DNA from: Azolla caroliniana
Taxonomy: Eukaryota; Plantae; Polypodiophyta
Assembly: GCA_043228905.1 (NCBI GenBank)
Contig: JBHGNT010000015.1
Location: forward strand, 12,586,001 to 12,650,000
Direction: 5' to 3'
Length of the DNA stretch: 64,000 bases
Positions 1-12,462 of the stretch are shown here, piece by piece (the first letter of the stretch is position 1; each line of letters begins with the position of its first letter). Both the position numbers and the translations under genes were made by a program. The notes below the pieces were generated by a model. The model made no database searches, was not told where the DNA came from, and saw nothing but the letters and a program-made list of their open reading frames with translations.

Positions 1-1211
1 TGAAAAGGATACTGATAGGGTTAAGCTAGTAATTTGATGTGACCTTGACCTATCAAAGACTTGGTTCCATGTCATAAGTCGTCAATTACATATATTGATG
101 CTTCTCATTGCATGTATTGTTTTTTCACATTCTCCTATCTCTAGTAAAGACTCATTACATTGAATGAACGATTGGGTTAAGGGCAGAATCTCCAAACTTT
201 AATATTTTGTTTAAACCTTAGCACCCAAACAGAAAGGTAGAATCTTCAAAGTTTAATCTTTCATATAAACCTTAGCATCCAAAGAGACATATTTGCTATA
301 AACACTTTGGAAAGTGGTATACATTGTGGAATCAGCTTTCCCCAAGAGTGATTAGTAGTATTGCTCACACTACACAAGAACATAAGCTTAGGTATTTTTT
401 ATTCTTGCAATAAGAAGCTCCTACATGCACTACAAATAGTCTGAACTGTTGAGCTAGGAGCCTAGGACACTAAATTAAGACACTCAATAAAATTGAATAT
501 ATGAATTTGGTGATTCAATTCATCTTAACCCAATAAGCAAAAAATTTATTGTTACTGAAGGATTGGCAATACCATCATGCAATGTCCATTAGGACACTAT
601 ATTGCACTATCAATAACGAAGATTACATTTTCCAAGAAGTAGGTGCATATTTGTTAGAGCATCTAACAGAATTTAATAATGCTTTCTTTGTCCAAATAGT
701 CATTCCGCTGATCTTTATGTTGAGCTGTTACCGAACAATTCGTATGAAGACTGTTTCTAATGATATTGAACATGTAGTCACTATTGCCGCTTTACCTCAT
801 GCATATTCGTACATGGCTGAGGTGTCATGCCAAATGAACCTCTGCTTGCTGTATGTAGTCTTCTTTTTTCTCTTCAGAAATGTAAAAATATGTGTATGTC
901 AGAGAAACACCTATATAAAAAGCTAGTGAACCTTGGCTATTCATAGTCTTTCTTTCTTTCCTTCTCTTGAGACAAGCACACATATATATATAAGAGAACC
1001 GTCTATGCAAACACATGAATCGGTTCCATTAATTGATAAGAAATACCAAAAATCAACTGGAAAAGAATATCTCTTACAGAACAACAGCATTTAAATCTCT
1101 CACGGACAACCCGGAAAACCGATATTTGTTTTGCAAGCTCCTGCCAAATAAATAACAAATTGATGCAAAGCCAATTTTAAATTAGGATTAATAAGCAAAC
1201 ACGGTTCACAG

Positions 1212-1361
1212 CTACATCAACATATGCTTTTCATGAGATGCCGAAGTATTCCCACATAAAAAGAACCAGAATTTTGTGTTCTTCTTCTTCTTCTCCTTAT
1301 GTACAACTTGTTTTCCTTTCTCCTTCTCGGCAACAGAGTCGACCATGAACTTTAGAACAGC
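1212..1361 (-). CDS. PIRL: PIRL-family protein, exon 3
   Basis: Acceptor TTTGTGTAG|, phase 0. Reads AVLKFMVDSVAEKEKGK...HMLM*, completing the PIRL 'G.EAV..FM' motif. Spliced CDS is 1737 nt = 578 aa. Confidence 0.8.
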   Translation of the reverse strand, partial: AVLKFMVDSVAEKEKGKQVVHKEKKKKNTKFWFFLCGNTSASHEKHMLM

Positions 1362-1480
1362 CTACACAAAGTTTGTGCCCAATGATAAGTAGTGAGAAAA
1401 CACACATCATGCATCATTCATGTTGTAAAGAAAATAGACAAAAAGATAGCACCCAACGCGAAAATGGCCTCTTTGTGACA

Positions 1481-1651
1481 TGATGTTTTACCATTGGCAT
1501 ATAAAATGAAAAACTTTAAAACTAATCAATGATTTGATCTAAGCACAGTGAATTGGTTCGTCTTTTGATGTTTTACCATTGGCATATAAAATGAAAAACT
1601 TTAAAACTAATCAATGATTTGATCTAAGCACAGTGAATCGGTTCGTCTTTT
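1481..1651. repeat. 85-bp direct tandem duplication in PIRL intron 2
   Basis: TGATGTTTTACCATTGGCATAT...GGTTCGTCTTTT starts at 1481 and again at 1566, nearly identical. Confidence 0.9.
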
Positions 1652-1804
1652 CAAAATTTTGTATTAAAAATTTGCTGTTTATTTGTCCAAATTTCCTTTT
1701 TCCTAGATTAGACTTCTTTCTTTGTACGTGATATGACCAGTTTTATCTAAAACCTTTGCGTGGAGGATTTGATCTACATGTCAGGTTTTCTTTTGGAGCA
1801 TTAC

Positions 1805-2610
1805 CTCTTTCCCTTGATTGACGATATGTATTGGGGGAAACCGCCAATTGTTCTCACCCAAGTCGAGCTGCTCTAGATTCGTTAGAAAAGCAAACGAATC
1901 CGGTAAAACCTTAAGTTGGTTGCAACTCAGATTCAAGACCTTAAGCTTTCGTAAATTCCCGATAGATAGTGGCAGTTCTTGCAATTCATTGAAATTAGAT
2001 GCCAAATTGAGCTTCTCCAGCGTGGACACGTTGCATAGACCCTCAGGGATATACCTTATTTCATTGAAAGAAGCATCGAGCTCTGTCAATCTCCCCATAT
2101 TAGAGCCTAGAGTGGATGGTAAGCTATTCAACTTATTCCAATGTACATCCAAAATACAAAGCTCTCCAAGCTTTCCTGTAGCCTCTGGCAAAGCTTTGAG
2201 CAAGTTAAACGAAGCTCTGAGCTCCGACAAAGCCTTACATTGACCGATCGTCCATGGGAACTCTGCTATCTTGTTATTATCAAGGGAGAGCACTTTCAAG
2301 CATGTCAGTTGACCGATGGATTCCGGAAGGCTCGTTAACCGATTCGTTGACACGTCTAAGCACACAAGATTCACTAGATCTCCGATGGCTTCGGGTAATA
2401 CAGTTAGTGAATTACCCGAAAGATTAAGCTCGGTGAGCCAAAACATCCGACCAATTGATTCTGGAACCAATTCGATGCCTCGGGACCGGAGGTCGATGCT
2501 CGTTTGCTTTTCCGTGGATGCCGAGTCCAACACACTGGAGAGCAAAGGTTTGCTTTTCTTGATCACCTCTTTCGGCTTGGGCAATGCCGGGCTTCTCGGG
2601 TGCTTCTCCT
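1805..2610 (-). CDS. PIRL: PIRL-family protein, exon 2 (LRR array)
   Basis: Acceptor TCCTCATCAG| in phase 1. About ten LxxLxLxxNxLxxLPxxIG repeats, including 'KLNLASNFNELQELPLSIGNL'. Donor GAG|GTAATG at 1805/1804. Confidence 0.9.
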
Positions 2611-2773
2611 CTGATGAGGAAAGGCAAAGAATCCATGTCAGATCTCGACAGACAGGTCAAAACAAAAAAGGCCTTACCCAACCAAATATATGTTCACCAA
2701 AAGAAAGGAAAGCATACATATATATATATACACACACACACACACATAACCCTCATCAACATTGCATACATAC

Positions 2774-3554
2774 CTGATTCCGGCTTCTTCTTGGTTTGTG
2801 CCCAAGAAAGTGATGTTGCTACCCTAGAGAAGGATTCACTACGTCCAAGAGGCTGGGAAGCCGAGGAATTCGCATGCTCGGGTGGCACAATCGCTGATCC
2901 TATAGAGGTAACGCTATGGGCGATAGGACCCACTGAAGAAGAAGAAGAAGAAGAAGATGATGATGATGATGATGAAGATGAAGACGAAGACGAAGATGTA
3001 GATATCAGGGCCGATCTCTGATGATCTGAATGCGGCAAATCCCATGCAGCATCAAGAACCGATCTTGCGCTATCCCTCCTACCCTCATGAACGTCCCCTA
3101 ATTTGACCTTCTCAATCATCCCCTCTTCTTCATTTTCTTCTTGTTCTTCTTCTTGTTCATCTTTCTCTTCTATATTTGAAAGAGAAGAATGAACTAATTG
3201 AATCCAGTCGTCATACCTCCTGTGCCGTTTCTCTAACTCCACCACCGCCTCGAACATGGCTTTCCTCTCTTTGGCCCTGCTCTCCGCCACTTCCAGCCTC
3301 ATCTCCTGCAACACAGCAAAGGCGACGGGAGGCACGTCTTCCCGGCTTGACTTCCTCCGCAAGATCTCTTCTTTCTGTGCGGAGAGGGCTTCATCTGCTT
3401 TGGCTATGGCGGAGATGGCGATGTCGAGCTCTGGGAAGGAAGGACGAGGCGGCAACGCCTTCTGTAGAGAAAGCATCTCGCCGATAACACCCTCCAGACT
3501 GTAAGATGGGGGGGAGGAGAAGGAGGAGGAGTGGGGAGGGGAATGGGGAGCCAT
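2774..3554 (-). CDS. PIRL: PIRL-family (plant intracellular Ras-group-related LRR) protein, exon 1
   Basis: ATG at 3554. N-terminal 'LPPRPSFPELDIA' motif and coiled-coil region typical of PIRLs, plus a poly-Ser tract. Donor CAG|GTATG at 2774/2773. Length 781 nt (phase 1) matches the phase of exon 2. Confidence 0.85.
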
Positions 3555-3673
3555 TGATGACGACTTCTTCTTCTTCTTCTTCTTCTTCTTCTAATGATTG
3601 TGCAAAATGAGAGATAAGAAACTAAAAGAAAGAAAGAGAGGCAGAGGGGGTTAAGTGGGTTATGGGAAGAAAA

Positions 3674-3735
3674 GGGGGGGGGGGGGGGGGGTAGAGGTGA
3701 GAATTAGGGTTAGGGTTAGGGCAAATTTAGGGTTT
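3674..3735. promoter_or_regulatory. Poly-G run plus telomere-like repeats/telo-box upstream of PIRL
   Basis: G18 run, (TTAGGG)3 at 3704-3721 and TTTAGGG at 3726, which reads AAACCCTA (telo-box) on the gene strand. Confidence 0.45.
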
Positions 3736-3844
3736 AGTGGAATGGATTTTGTGCGTGTAGGAAGAGAGGGAAGGAAGGAAGGAAGGAGGGGCAGGGAAGG
3801 TGAAGGGTAGATGCAGGCAGCAAACAGGGGAGGGGCTTGTTGCT

Positions 3845-3885
<41 letters not shown>

Positions 3886-4080
3886 GTGTGTGTGTGTGTC
3901 TCTCTCTCTCTCTATCTCTGTATGTGTATGTATGTGTCTCTGTCTCTGTGTGTTGCTACAGCTCATGCCATCCAAGCCGCACATGAGAGAGAGAGAGAGA
4001 GAGAGAGAGAGTGTGTGTGTGTGTCAAACAGTTAGAGAGAGAGAGAGAGAGGGGTGGGACAGGGGAAGAGAGAGAGAGTG
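3845..4080. repeat. Compound (CT)n/(GT)n/(GA)n microsatellites
   Basis: Directly visible dinucleotide tracts. Confidence 0.95.
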
Positions 4081-4365
4081 GATTTATTTATTTTTACGAA
4101 AAAAAAGAAGAAAAGGAGAGTGGATTTTTGGGGTTAATTAATTCATTTAATTAATCGAATTATCCTTTGTGTGTTGGGCCGGGGGGCCGGGTGGCCGAGC
4201 CCAGTCGGCAAACTGAGTGTCTTCTTTTTTGAGGGTTCTCATTTTATGGAATTTATTTATTTGTCCCCTCCACCCCCACCTCTCTCCTCTCTCTCTCTCT
4301 CTCTCTCTCATTATACCCACAACTTCAACTTGACTTCACCATTTTTGCTTTGGTTGCTTCATTGA

Positions 4366-4377
4366 TAAAAGCTTCAT

Positions 4378-4409
<32 letters not shown>

Positions 4410-4580
4410 AAAAGCTTCATTGATTTATTTATTTGTTTATTGGTAAAAAAAGCTTCATTGATTCATTATCCATCTCTCTCTCTCTCTCTCTAAAAGCTTC
4501 ATTGATTCATTATCCATCTCTCTCTTTCTCTCTAAAAGCTTCATTGATTCATCATCCATCTCTCTCTCTCTCTCTCTTGG
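4366..4580. repeat. Short tandem units AAAGCTTCATTGATTCAT...(CT)n
   Basis: About five degenerate copies of TAAAAGCTTCATTGATT, most followed by CT tracts. Confidence 0.8.
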
Positions 4581-5233
4581 TAAAAGCACACAATTATATT
4601 ATTGTATGTAAAATTCTCTTAGTTACAACACTTCTTAGTCTCCCCTACCTATCATATGCGGCTATGCCTATGTAGGGAAAGGGACTCTCTCTCTCTCTCT
4701 TTATTTTGGTGAAAACACACAATTATATTAATAACTGTGTGTAAAAAACACTACTTACAATAGGTGTGACAATGGAGTATGGTCACCCATTAACTACACT
4801 ACACGGGTAGTGGAACATGTTGAATTGCCAATAGGCAAGATGAACACTTCACCGAAGAAAGAATTTTCACGTGCTCCAATAAAGAAAATTGCCACATTAG
4901 TACTCCCTTCAATTTTCGTAGATATGCTTTCACTCCATCTCTATCGTCGAATACAAAAGCGTTGCGCCTATTCCAATTATGACGCAATCCCCAATATCTC
5001 AGAAATAGAAAAACGATCTCCATCTCTGATTTTGGGTCAACCTGTGTAAATTGTGTACACGCCCACTGTCTAGGTGTCAAATAACATCATGATAAAACTT
5101 GCCAAATTTGAGAAATATAACTCCAAATCTGACAAGCAATCAGACATTGTATAAATTGATGAGTATTATCTTCCATTTGAACAATGCAAAAGAAACAATT
5201 ACCCATTGCTAATCCCAAAGGCAATCCCCCATT

Positions 5234-5277
<44 letters not shown>

Positions 5278-5279
<2 letters not shown>

Positions 5280-6170
5280 GGGGTGGAAGTATGGGGCGGT
5301 AGCATCCCTAAATCTACGTGGAAAGAGTTTGAAAATGTCCAAAAACATTTTCTTACAAAGTTTCTACAAGTTAAGAAACAAATGCCCTACACCCTCCCCC
5401 TCCTTGAGACGGGATCGCTTCCCATTGAGATCCATGGCCATGGAAAGGGTTGTTGAATACATGCTTAAGGTTCAAAAAAGCCCCTCACATCGACTTCCTA
5501 GAATTGCATGGGAAGCAAGCAAAAAGATCCAAAAGATGCATAAAAGTAAAATTTTGTGTTCCGGTTGGATGCAAGATTTAGAAAAATGGTTTGGTAGATG
5601 GGATGCAAGTCACTTTCTTCATGATGCGTCACTAGATTCCTCTATAAATGAGGCCTTTTTGCAACGCCAATGTATCATGACATGGGGCAAATGTGGTGGC
5701 TCACGCATCACACATTATACTACAAATGTTGCACCTAACTACAAAACCATATTCTTCGTGGAATGGGGAAGTCGTACACATCGATACATGTTAGAGCCCA
5801 TCCCGATATCTACCATTCAAATCATTGCTTCCATGCGACTTAGCTCGCACGCATTGAGATGTGAGATGAGGCGTTGGGGCACAAGTGATGAAAGTGGCCG
5901 ACTATGCACACTTTGCCCTAAACAAGTTCGAGAGTCTGAGTATCACACTTTGATACAATGCTCTACCTTTGATCATATTCGACCATGCTTTCCACATCTC
6001 TTCGATCGAGCCCAATCCTTGCACGAATTTCTCTCACAACCACGATGTGCACTCTCGATTGCAACATCGAGAGTCGCTACTCACCTTCACACGTATCACG
6101 TGAAATGTAATGTTTTTGGTCCCATAGGTCATATTTGACCTTCGAAGACAATAATATAATCTATCTATCT
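5278..6170 (+). mobile_element. 5'-truncated non-LTR retrotransposon (LINE) 3' end
   Basis: Post-RT motifs 'LYGVEVWG', 'HRLPRIAW', 'MRLSSHALRCE' and the CCHC-like 'RLCTLC...ESEYHTLIQC'. One frameshift near 5430. Ends in a (CTAT)n tail. Confidence 0.75.
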
Positions 6171-6524
6171 CTCATACACACACTTCACATTTGCTTGGTT
6201 GCTAGGTCCTACAACAACGTAAGATTGATTGACCTCCTCCTTTACATCACAAGTTACAACCTTAGTTACTTGGTGCGACAACTCCTCCTCCATTCCACAT
6301 TTGTTTGATCTCTTGTCTTATCTCTAATCGCTCTAGATTTGTGCGTGTAGTCCTCTCTAATCTCTAATCTCTCTCTCTCTCTCTCTCTCTCTCTTGCACC
6401 ATCCGTATGACCCACCCCCCCACCTTCGCTTCCCACCATGAGAACTTGGGGGGCCAAGGGAGTCCTCATAACCTATTCATTTTGATGCTTGTTGGGTTGG
6501 ATGATGGGTCCTATACAAAACCAA

Positions 6525-6680
6525 AGATAGATAGATAGATTTTATTATCGTCTTCTGAGGTCTGAGAGAGAGAGATGTTCCACTACATGTGTAGTTAGTG
6601 GGTGATCATTCTACATTGTCATACCTATTGTAAGTAGTGTTGTTACACACACATTTATCAATATAATTGAGTGTTTTCAC
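6525..6680 (-). repeat. Inverted copy of 4711-4820 fused via (CT)n to the LINE 3' tail
   Basis: Reverse complement of 6575-6680 aligns with 4711-4820. Reverse complement of 6525-6562 aligns with the LINE tail at 6138-6170. Confidence 0.75.
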
Positions 6681-6901
6681 AGGAGAGAGTGAGAGTGAGA
6701 GAAACCAACATTCCAAGTTCCTCCTTTTGCCATTCATATCTAAACATGTAAAAATAGTATTCCTTGTGCATAAAATTCATGTACGATCTTGATTGTTGGG
6801 AAACACGTTTCCGATAATGAGGGGGAGATGACATTCTCCAACACAAGCTTCCAAGTTTCCACATTGATGCCCCACTTTGCTTGAGCTACAAGCTACACAC
6901 A

Positions 6902-6937
<36 letters not shown>

Positions 6938-8139
6938 GGTCATGTTACTTTAAGTAACAAAGTATTTCGAAATTTCAAATATCATATTGTTTAATGGAAC
7001 TTTTTCTTCTTCTAAAATTCATGATTAATTATCTTCATTTTACATGTCTTTGCTCAACTTCATTTTGTCCTACACCCACAACAATTTGTGAAATGCCTCT
7101 TTGCACACCCAATCATGAGCTCTCTTTTGCTGTGTAGGTGTAGGAAAGTTTTATGCCGCCTTCAATCGTTGACTTTCTAGAAAAAGCTTCTTCACGAGGA
7201 GAGAACTCAAGGATCGTTTACCAAGCTCATATTGTTGTGTCGTGTCTATCCTTGTTTATCTACACTTCTTATTTCTATACATCTACACTTTATTTGTGGC
7301 TTTGTACATATTGTTTATTGTGTTTTTTTTTCCAAAAAATATTTTATTGTGTTCTTTTAGTTGCATGTCTTTTAGAGTCACTGAAATGTATATTTTTACA
7401 ATAAAATTAAATTTATGCTACATTTAAACTACGTTTACAACATCAAAGCACTTTGCATGATAAATTGATTTATTTTCCATTTCAGATAAGCATGCTTTCT
7501 CATGTGAAATTGGATGGATAAATGTGCATGTCAAATAACTACATGTAAACAATTGTTTTAATAAACATTGACTTATATACACTTTTACACAAGATGAATC
7601 ATGATACAATGGAACATTGTGTGACGTGTCAAATACAAAGGCTATAATGTAAGATGGTAGCGATGATGTAGTATAGATTGAAGGGGCAAAGAAATATTTT
7701 TCAAGGTCCATAAAGAGCCCAATCTTGACCAATACTTACTTTCATCATAGATAGATTTTTTTAGCTTCCTTAAAAGAGGCCATTAATAACCCAAGATTAC
7801 TTTCATCATATTAATTAACATATGGGGAAATAACCACCCACAAAGAAAGATGAATTTCAATGGATTATGAATTTGAACAAATCTATAATCCAATCATAAT
7901 ACACAATCTCCATAGAAGGCACAATAGGCAACATCACATTTTCAAGGGCATAGATACTCTCCACTCCTTGTAAGCTCAATCACTCTTACAAGCAAAGGCT
8001 CACATATTATACTTAAGCACAACTCTTTGTATAATCATCCTTAATATTCAATGGTAGTTGTTGCTTCTCATGGGTATTGCTATATTGACGACTATTGTTG
8101 TGTTCAATATCCTGCATGTCATCTCGTTCACACCTCTCT

Positions 8140-11130
8140 TTCAACTAATGGGAGGGGGGGAACAACCACCTAGGTACTACATACTGCCATTGTATATCCA
8201 TTCCATTTGTTGTAGCCATTGGTGTAGTACACCAACATTTTCTGAAATTCAGCCTCGTTAGTTCCGAAGCATCATCAGTTCCATCAATCCACTCATATTG
8301 TGCTCTCAATGTAGTTATTGGCGTGTGCCATATTAGCTTAAAATTGATTCAGTTGGAGGGCGTTTGTTTGCTAAAAGCTTAAAATCAATTCAGTTGGAGG
8401 GTGTTTATTTGCTAAAAATACCCTTGTACACCTTTGTCGTTCATATGCACCATATGGTAATGGGTGCAAGCAGCATCCATATATCTCCAAATTTTTGCTT
8501 CTGCGCAATAACTGCAGGTACCCTGTTGTCAATGATCAGTTGAACAGTTTCATTCTCCCCTCTATGCATTGCTTTGCATGTGCTATCATATTTCACCACA
8601 TCATCCTCAAGATAGTTCTAGCAAGCATGTCCCTAGTTGAGGTTGAACGAGCGAGAGGCATGGCATAGCAAACCTAATGCCCTTCCCCATATAGCCGCTG
8701 CCTCACGACATTCCCATAAACAATGGGAAATGCTTTCTAACTATCCACATGCAGTACATCTAAGGTCTACGTTGGGGCCTTTACCCCACATCCCTACCAG
8801 CAATGCTCTATGTGCAATAAGCCATAAGCACATCATTGTCTTGCGGTCATTACTGTCATGCTATATCATATTCCAGAATTTATCTAATCTCCTTTCACTA
8901 ATGCCCCCATGTATCCAAAATTTATGTGTTGCAATCTTGTCGTGTTCTTGTTCTAGAATAATTTGCCTCCCAAATTTTGTGTTGTACTTGAAAAATTGAA
9001 CCAACTTTGCACCCTCAATTCGTCCTTGAGTTCTCCAGAAATACATTGTTGGGTCCCATGATAGCTGATCTGAATGCCCTTCTATTGGCCAACACATTGT
9101 CGTTAGTGTGATCTCCCTTGGATTAGGGTCAATCATCATATCCTTTCTATTTTTTGCAATCAGCCTAATTAGTGTTTTGCTTTGATAGGCTGGTTGCTCA
9201 CATATTGCCATTCCATGCTCTATTTTGTAGTAACATGCCCAATTATATCCTACTTTCATTCCCTTAATTCCAATTAGACAATTCTTAGGATCTATAAGTC
9301 CTGTCCATTTAGTTTCGGAGGTAATTATATTCCAGCCTTTTGAGTGCCCACATCATTAGACAGAGATCTCTTCCAATCCACTAATGCATTCCCTTGGGCA
9401 TTGATTAAGTTGGCCTATTTAAAGCAGGCTTTTTGATTCCCTTTTTGATTCTTTAACATGCTTTCATAATTCCAACAACACATAGACACTACATACGTCC
9501 CCAATATTTTGGTCGCATTTCTGACACAAAACCCTATAAGGGGCTGCTTGGCCAACTTCCACCTTGTCTCGGCAGCCACATCTTCCATCTGTGTCTCCAT
9601 AGAATTTTCCAAGGTGCCTTAGGTGGTTGCAAGCTCCTGACCACCAATTTGCCTAGCAAGGCCTTCATTTGCACCACGGGATCTATCAATCCCACCCCGC
9701 CTTCACTTTTCCTTTTATAAGTGTGGTCCAAGCAACCTTTGCACGAGCCTGTTTTTCCTCTGTGCTCCCCCATAAGAAATTTCTGATAATCCTTTTTATC
9801 AATTTCATTGACTTGGGCACGATTATCCAACATGCAACAATATGCCATATAGTGGCCATTAGAATCTGGTTTGCAATCACAATCTTGCATGCAAAGGATA
9901 GTTTCTTGCATTCCACCATATTAGCGTCGCTTTTATTTTGTCCACCAGTAGATTGTAGTGTTCTAATCGATTGATGTCTATACCAAATTTGAAGCCCAAG
10001 TATCTAATAGCTTCTCCTCTCCTCAACAATCTAAACTTGGGGTCTAGGGCCCAATTTAACACGTGCTTATTACTGATCCAAATGCCTAATGATTTATTCC
10101 AATTTATTTTAGCACCCGATCCCCTACAGAACTCATCAATTGCACTTTGCAATCTGCCCAACTTTTTTGCATCACCCTTGACATAAGTCGTTGTGTCATC
10201 AACATATGTCGTATCAAGCACCATTCTTGCATCATCGGGCAAAGGGAGGCCTTGTATTTGCCAAGATCTATCAACAATTTGATAATGCAAAACCTATGTT
10301 GTACTGATGTATAGGTATGTGGCCAATGGGCATCCTTAGTGTACCAATCGTGACATCTTAAAGCTCTTCCCCATACTTCCAACCATTAAAACCTGGCTGG
10401 ATGCACCTCTATAAAAGGCACCCGTTCCAAAGATCCATTTTTGTTCAAAGCCTAGGGCCTCCATCACTGCTTCTAAGATTTCCCATGAGATCCTTTCATA
10501 GGCTTTTGGGAAGTCAAGTAGCATTATTTCCAGGTCCACTTCTTGCTCCTCCACCCATGCTGAGAATTCCCAAAAAGTTATCACATTGTCAACAATGCTC
10601 TGGTTTCCAGGAAGCTAGTTTGTGTTGTATGTATAATGTCCCCTAGTACCGTTTTCAATCTCTTACTTACAACTTTGACCATTATTTTATAAGCATTGGT
10701 GACAATCGTCAATGGTCGCCAATTATCGAGCGTTGTAAAGTCTTTTTCATCCTTGGGTATTAAATAAATCATTTGTTTGCACATTGTTGTGGGCATTAAT
10801 CCTTCTGCCATAATGTATTGCATCCCTGCCAACATGTCCTCCTTAATTAGATCCCAATGTTTGGTGTAAAAGTATATAGGAAGTCTGTCAATTCCTGCAC
10901 AACTTTGTTTGTTCATATCCCCAATTGCATCCCACAATTCTTGCATACATATAGGGGTATTTAGTCAGTCCATCATTTGAGCAATAACTTTCCTTGGTAT
11001 CCTATTTATTATATTTCTGAAGGCATCATGATCAATCGGTTCCTCTTTGCATACATTTAGTAGTTGAGTATAATAGCTCGTGGCTATTTCGAGCATTTCC
11101 TCCTCGCATGTGGTCATTGTGCCATCTATC
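8140..11130 (-). mobile_element. Degenerate L1-type LINE ORF2 (RT + zf-RVT + C-terminus)
   Basis: Fragments 'NWRPLTIVTNAYKI', 'LDFPKAYERISW', 'YVDDTT', 'GAKINWNKS', 'IRYLGF', 'GGVGLID', 'ESISHCLWEC' and 'ITIWCI'. Many stops and frameshifts. Confidence 0.85.
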
Positions 11131-11583
11131 TTTTTTAAACATGAACGTTGAGTCCCAGATCCTCTACATTTGACAGCTTCAAGAAAACCTTTAGTATGTT
11201 AGGTGTAATGGCCCGTAGTTCACAAATTAGGTTATTATTCATACATGTGAACACATTGTTCACATGGACAGGACACCTCCTTTTGTAATGTGAACACACC
11301 TTCTTTTTAAGTATAATAGCTCGTGGATATTTCGAGCATTTTGAGTATAATAGCTTGTGGCTATTTCGAGCATTTCCTCCTCGCATGTGGTCATTGTGCC
11401 ATTTGTCTTTTTTAAACATGAACATTGAGTCCTGGATCCTCTACAATTGACACCTTCAAGAAAACCTTTAGTATGTTGGGTGTAAAGGCCCGTAGTTCAC
11501 AAATTAGGTAATTATTCGTACATGTGAACACATTGTTCACCTAGACATGACACCTCCTTTTGTAATGTGAACACACCTTTTTT
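11065..11583. repeat. ~277-bp imperfect direct duplication at the LINE 5' truncation point
   Basis: GAGTATAATAGCT.GTGGCTATTTCGAGCATTTCC...GTGAACACACCTT occurs at ~11065 and ~11342. Confidence 0.85.
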
Positions 11584-11692
11584 TTTAGGGTTAACTAATA
11601 TAATCACCTTTTTTCTTGTGTACCAATCAAGGTAGTTGGGTACACCAAAACAAAATCTGCGTGTCTCTACTCTCATCTCTACTACAATTGTT

Positions 11693-12035
11693 TGTTGGTC
11701 GGCTACCCAAAGGATAAAGATCGACAAGTCGGAGTTGGAGTCGGACAACATGAAAAGATAGATTTAAAAAATGTAACTTTTGCCAAGTATAAAAATATAG
11801 TAATTTAAGAAATAGGACAATTTTGTATAGTTGTAGGTTCTTGCCGAATAGACAAGTGTATGATCTTGGAAAAGACTTTCAGGTCGCCTATAAAAAGGGA
11901 CCGAGGGCATTGTAACATTACCGTTCTGTTTAGAGTTTTAATATGGTTTTAGTACTTAGAGTACTTTGGTGTCGATTGTTCTGTTTATCCTTCTATCTAT
12001 CTATTTACTATGTCGAATGTCAAACCTATACTCTA
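11693..12035 (+). mobile_element. Possible truncated LTR remnant
   Basis: Begins TGTTG and contains CCTATAAAAAGG followed by TTGTAA, as in plant LTRs. No partner or end found. Confidence 0.3.
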
Positions 12036-12462
12036 TGTTGAGAATCAAGCTCAACCAAGTGCAATGTGTGAACACACCCTTTGAGAATCTATGATCACTC
12101 AAAGGTCAAGAGTCACACTACTACTCTCTACACATTAACTATGTGTCATACAATCATATTCTATGACACATAAGTAATGAGTTCCATATTCCCCATGACT
12201 ATGAGTCTTCACATTCTCCAAGAGAGAGTAGTTGTTGTAGTGAGTTAATGAAGAGAGAGGGTGACCTTATATAAAGCACCCTTCTCCTACTTCATACAAG
12301 TCGGTTGTGACTCCTTGTAATGCTACATTTTGTATCTCATATTCTCCTTCGAATATAACCTTCTTCTATCTTGTGTTTTCTCTTCTCTCATCTCTTTCCT
12401 CTCACACATACACATAACACACATCTCTTCCGCTGCACAAAAATCATATCCAATTCTTTACA
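12036..12462 (+). repeat. 5' LTR of Copia A1
   Basis: TGTTGAGAATC...CTTTACA, highly similar to 22756-22999 + 26621-26847. Confidence 0.92.

Noticed and set aside
549-926. 125-aa plus-strand ORF
   Set aside because: TTG start, AT-rich, no recognisable motif. It lies in or after the PIRL 3' region.
2584-3021. Acidic poly-Asp/Glu ORF on the plus strand
   Set aside because: Antisense shadow of the PIRL poly-Ser tract; it also crosses an intron.
3727-4675. ORFs rich in SLSL/RERE/CVCV
   Set aside because: Translations of dinucleotide microsatellites.
8440-8570. hAT DUF659-like fragment ('VQLIIDN')
   Set aside because: It is continuous with the L1 ORF2 C-terminus ('IWMLLAPITIWCI'), so the LINE explains it better.
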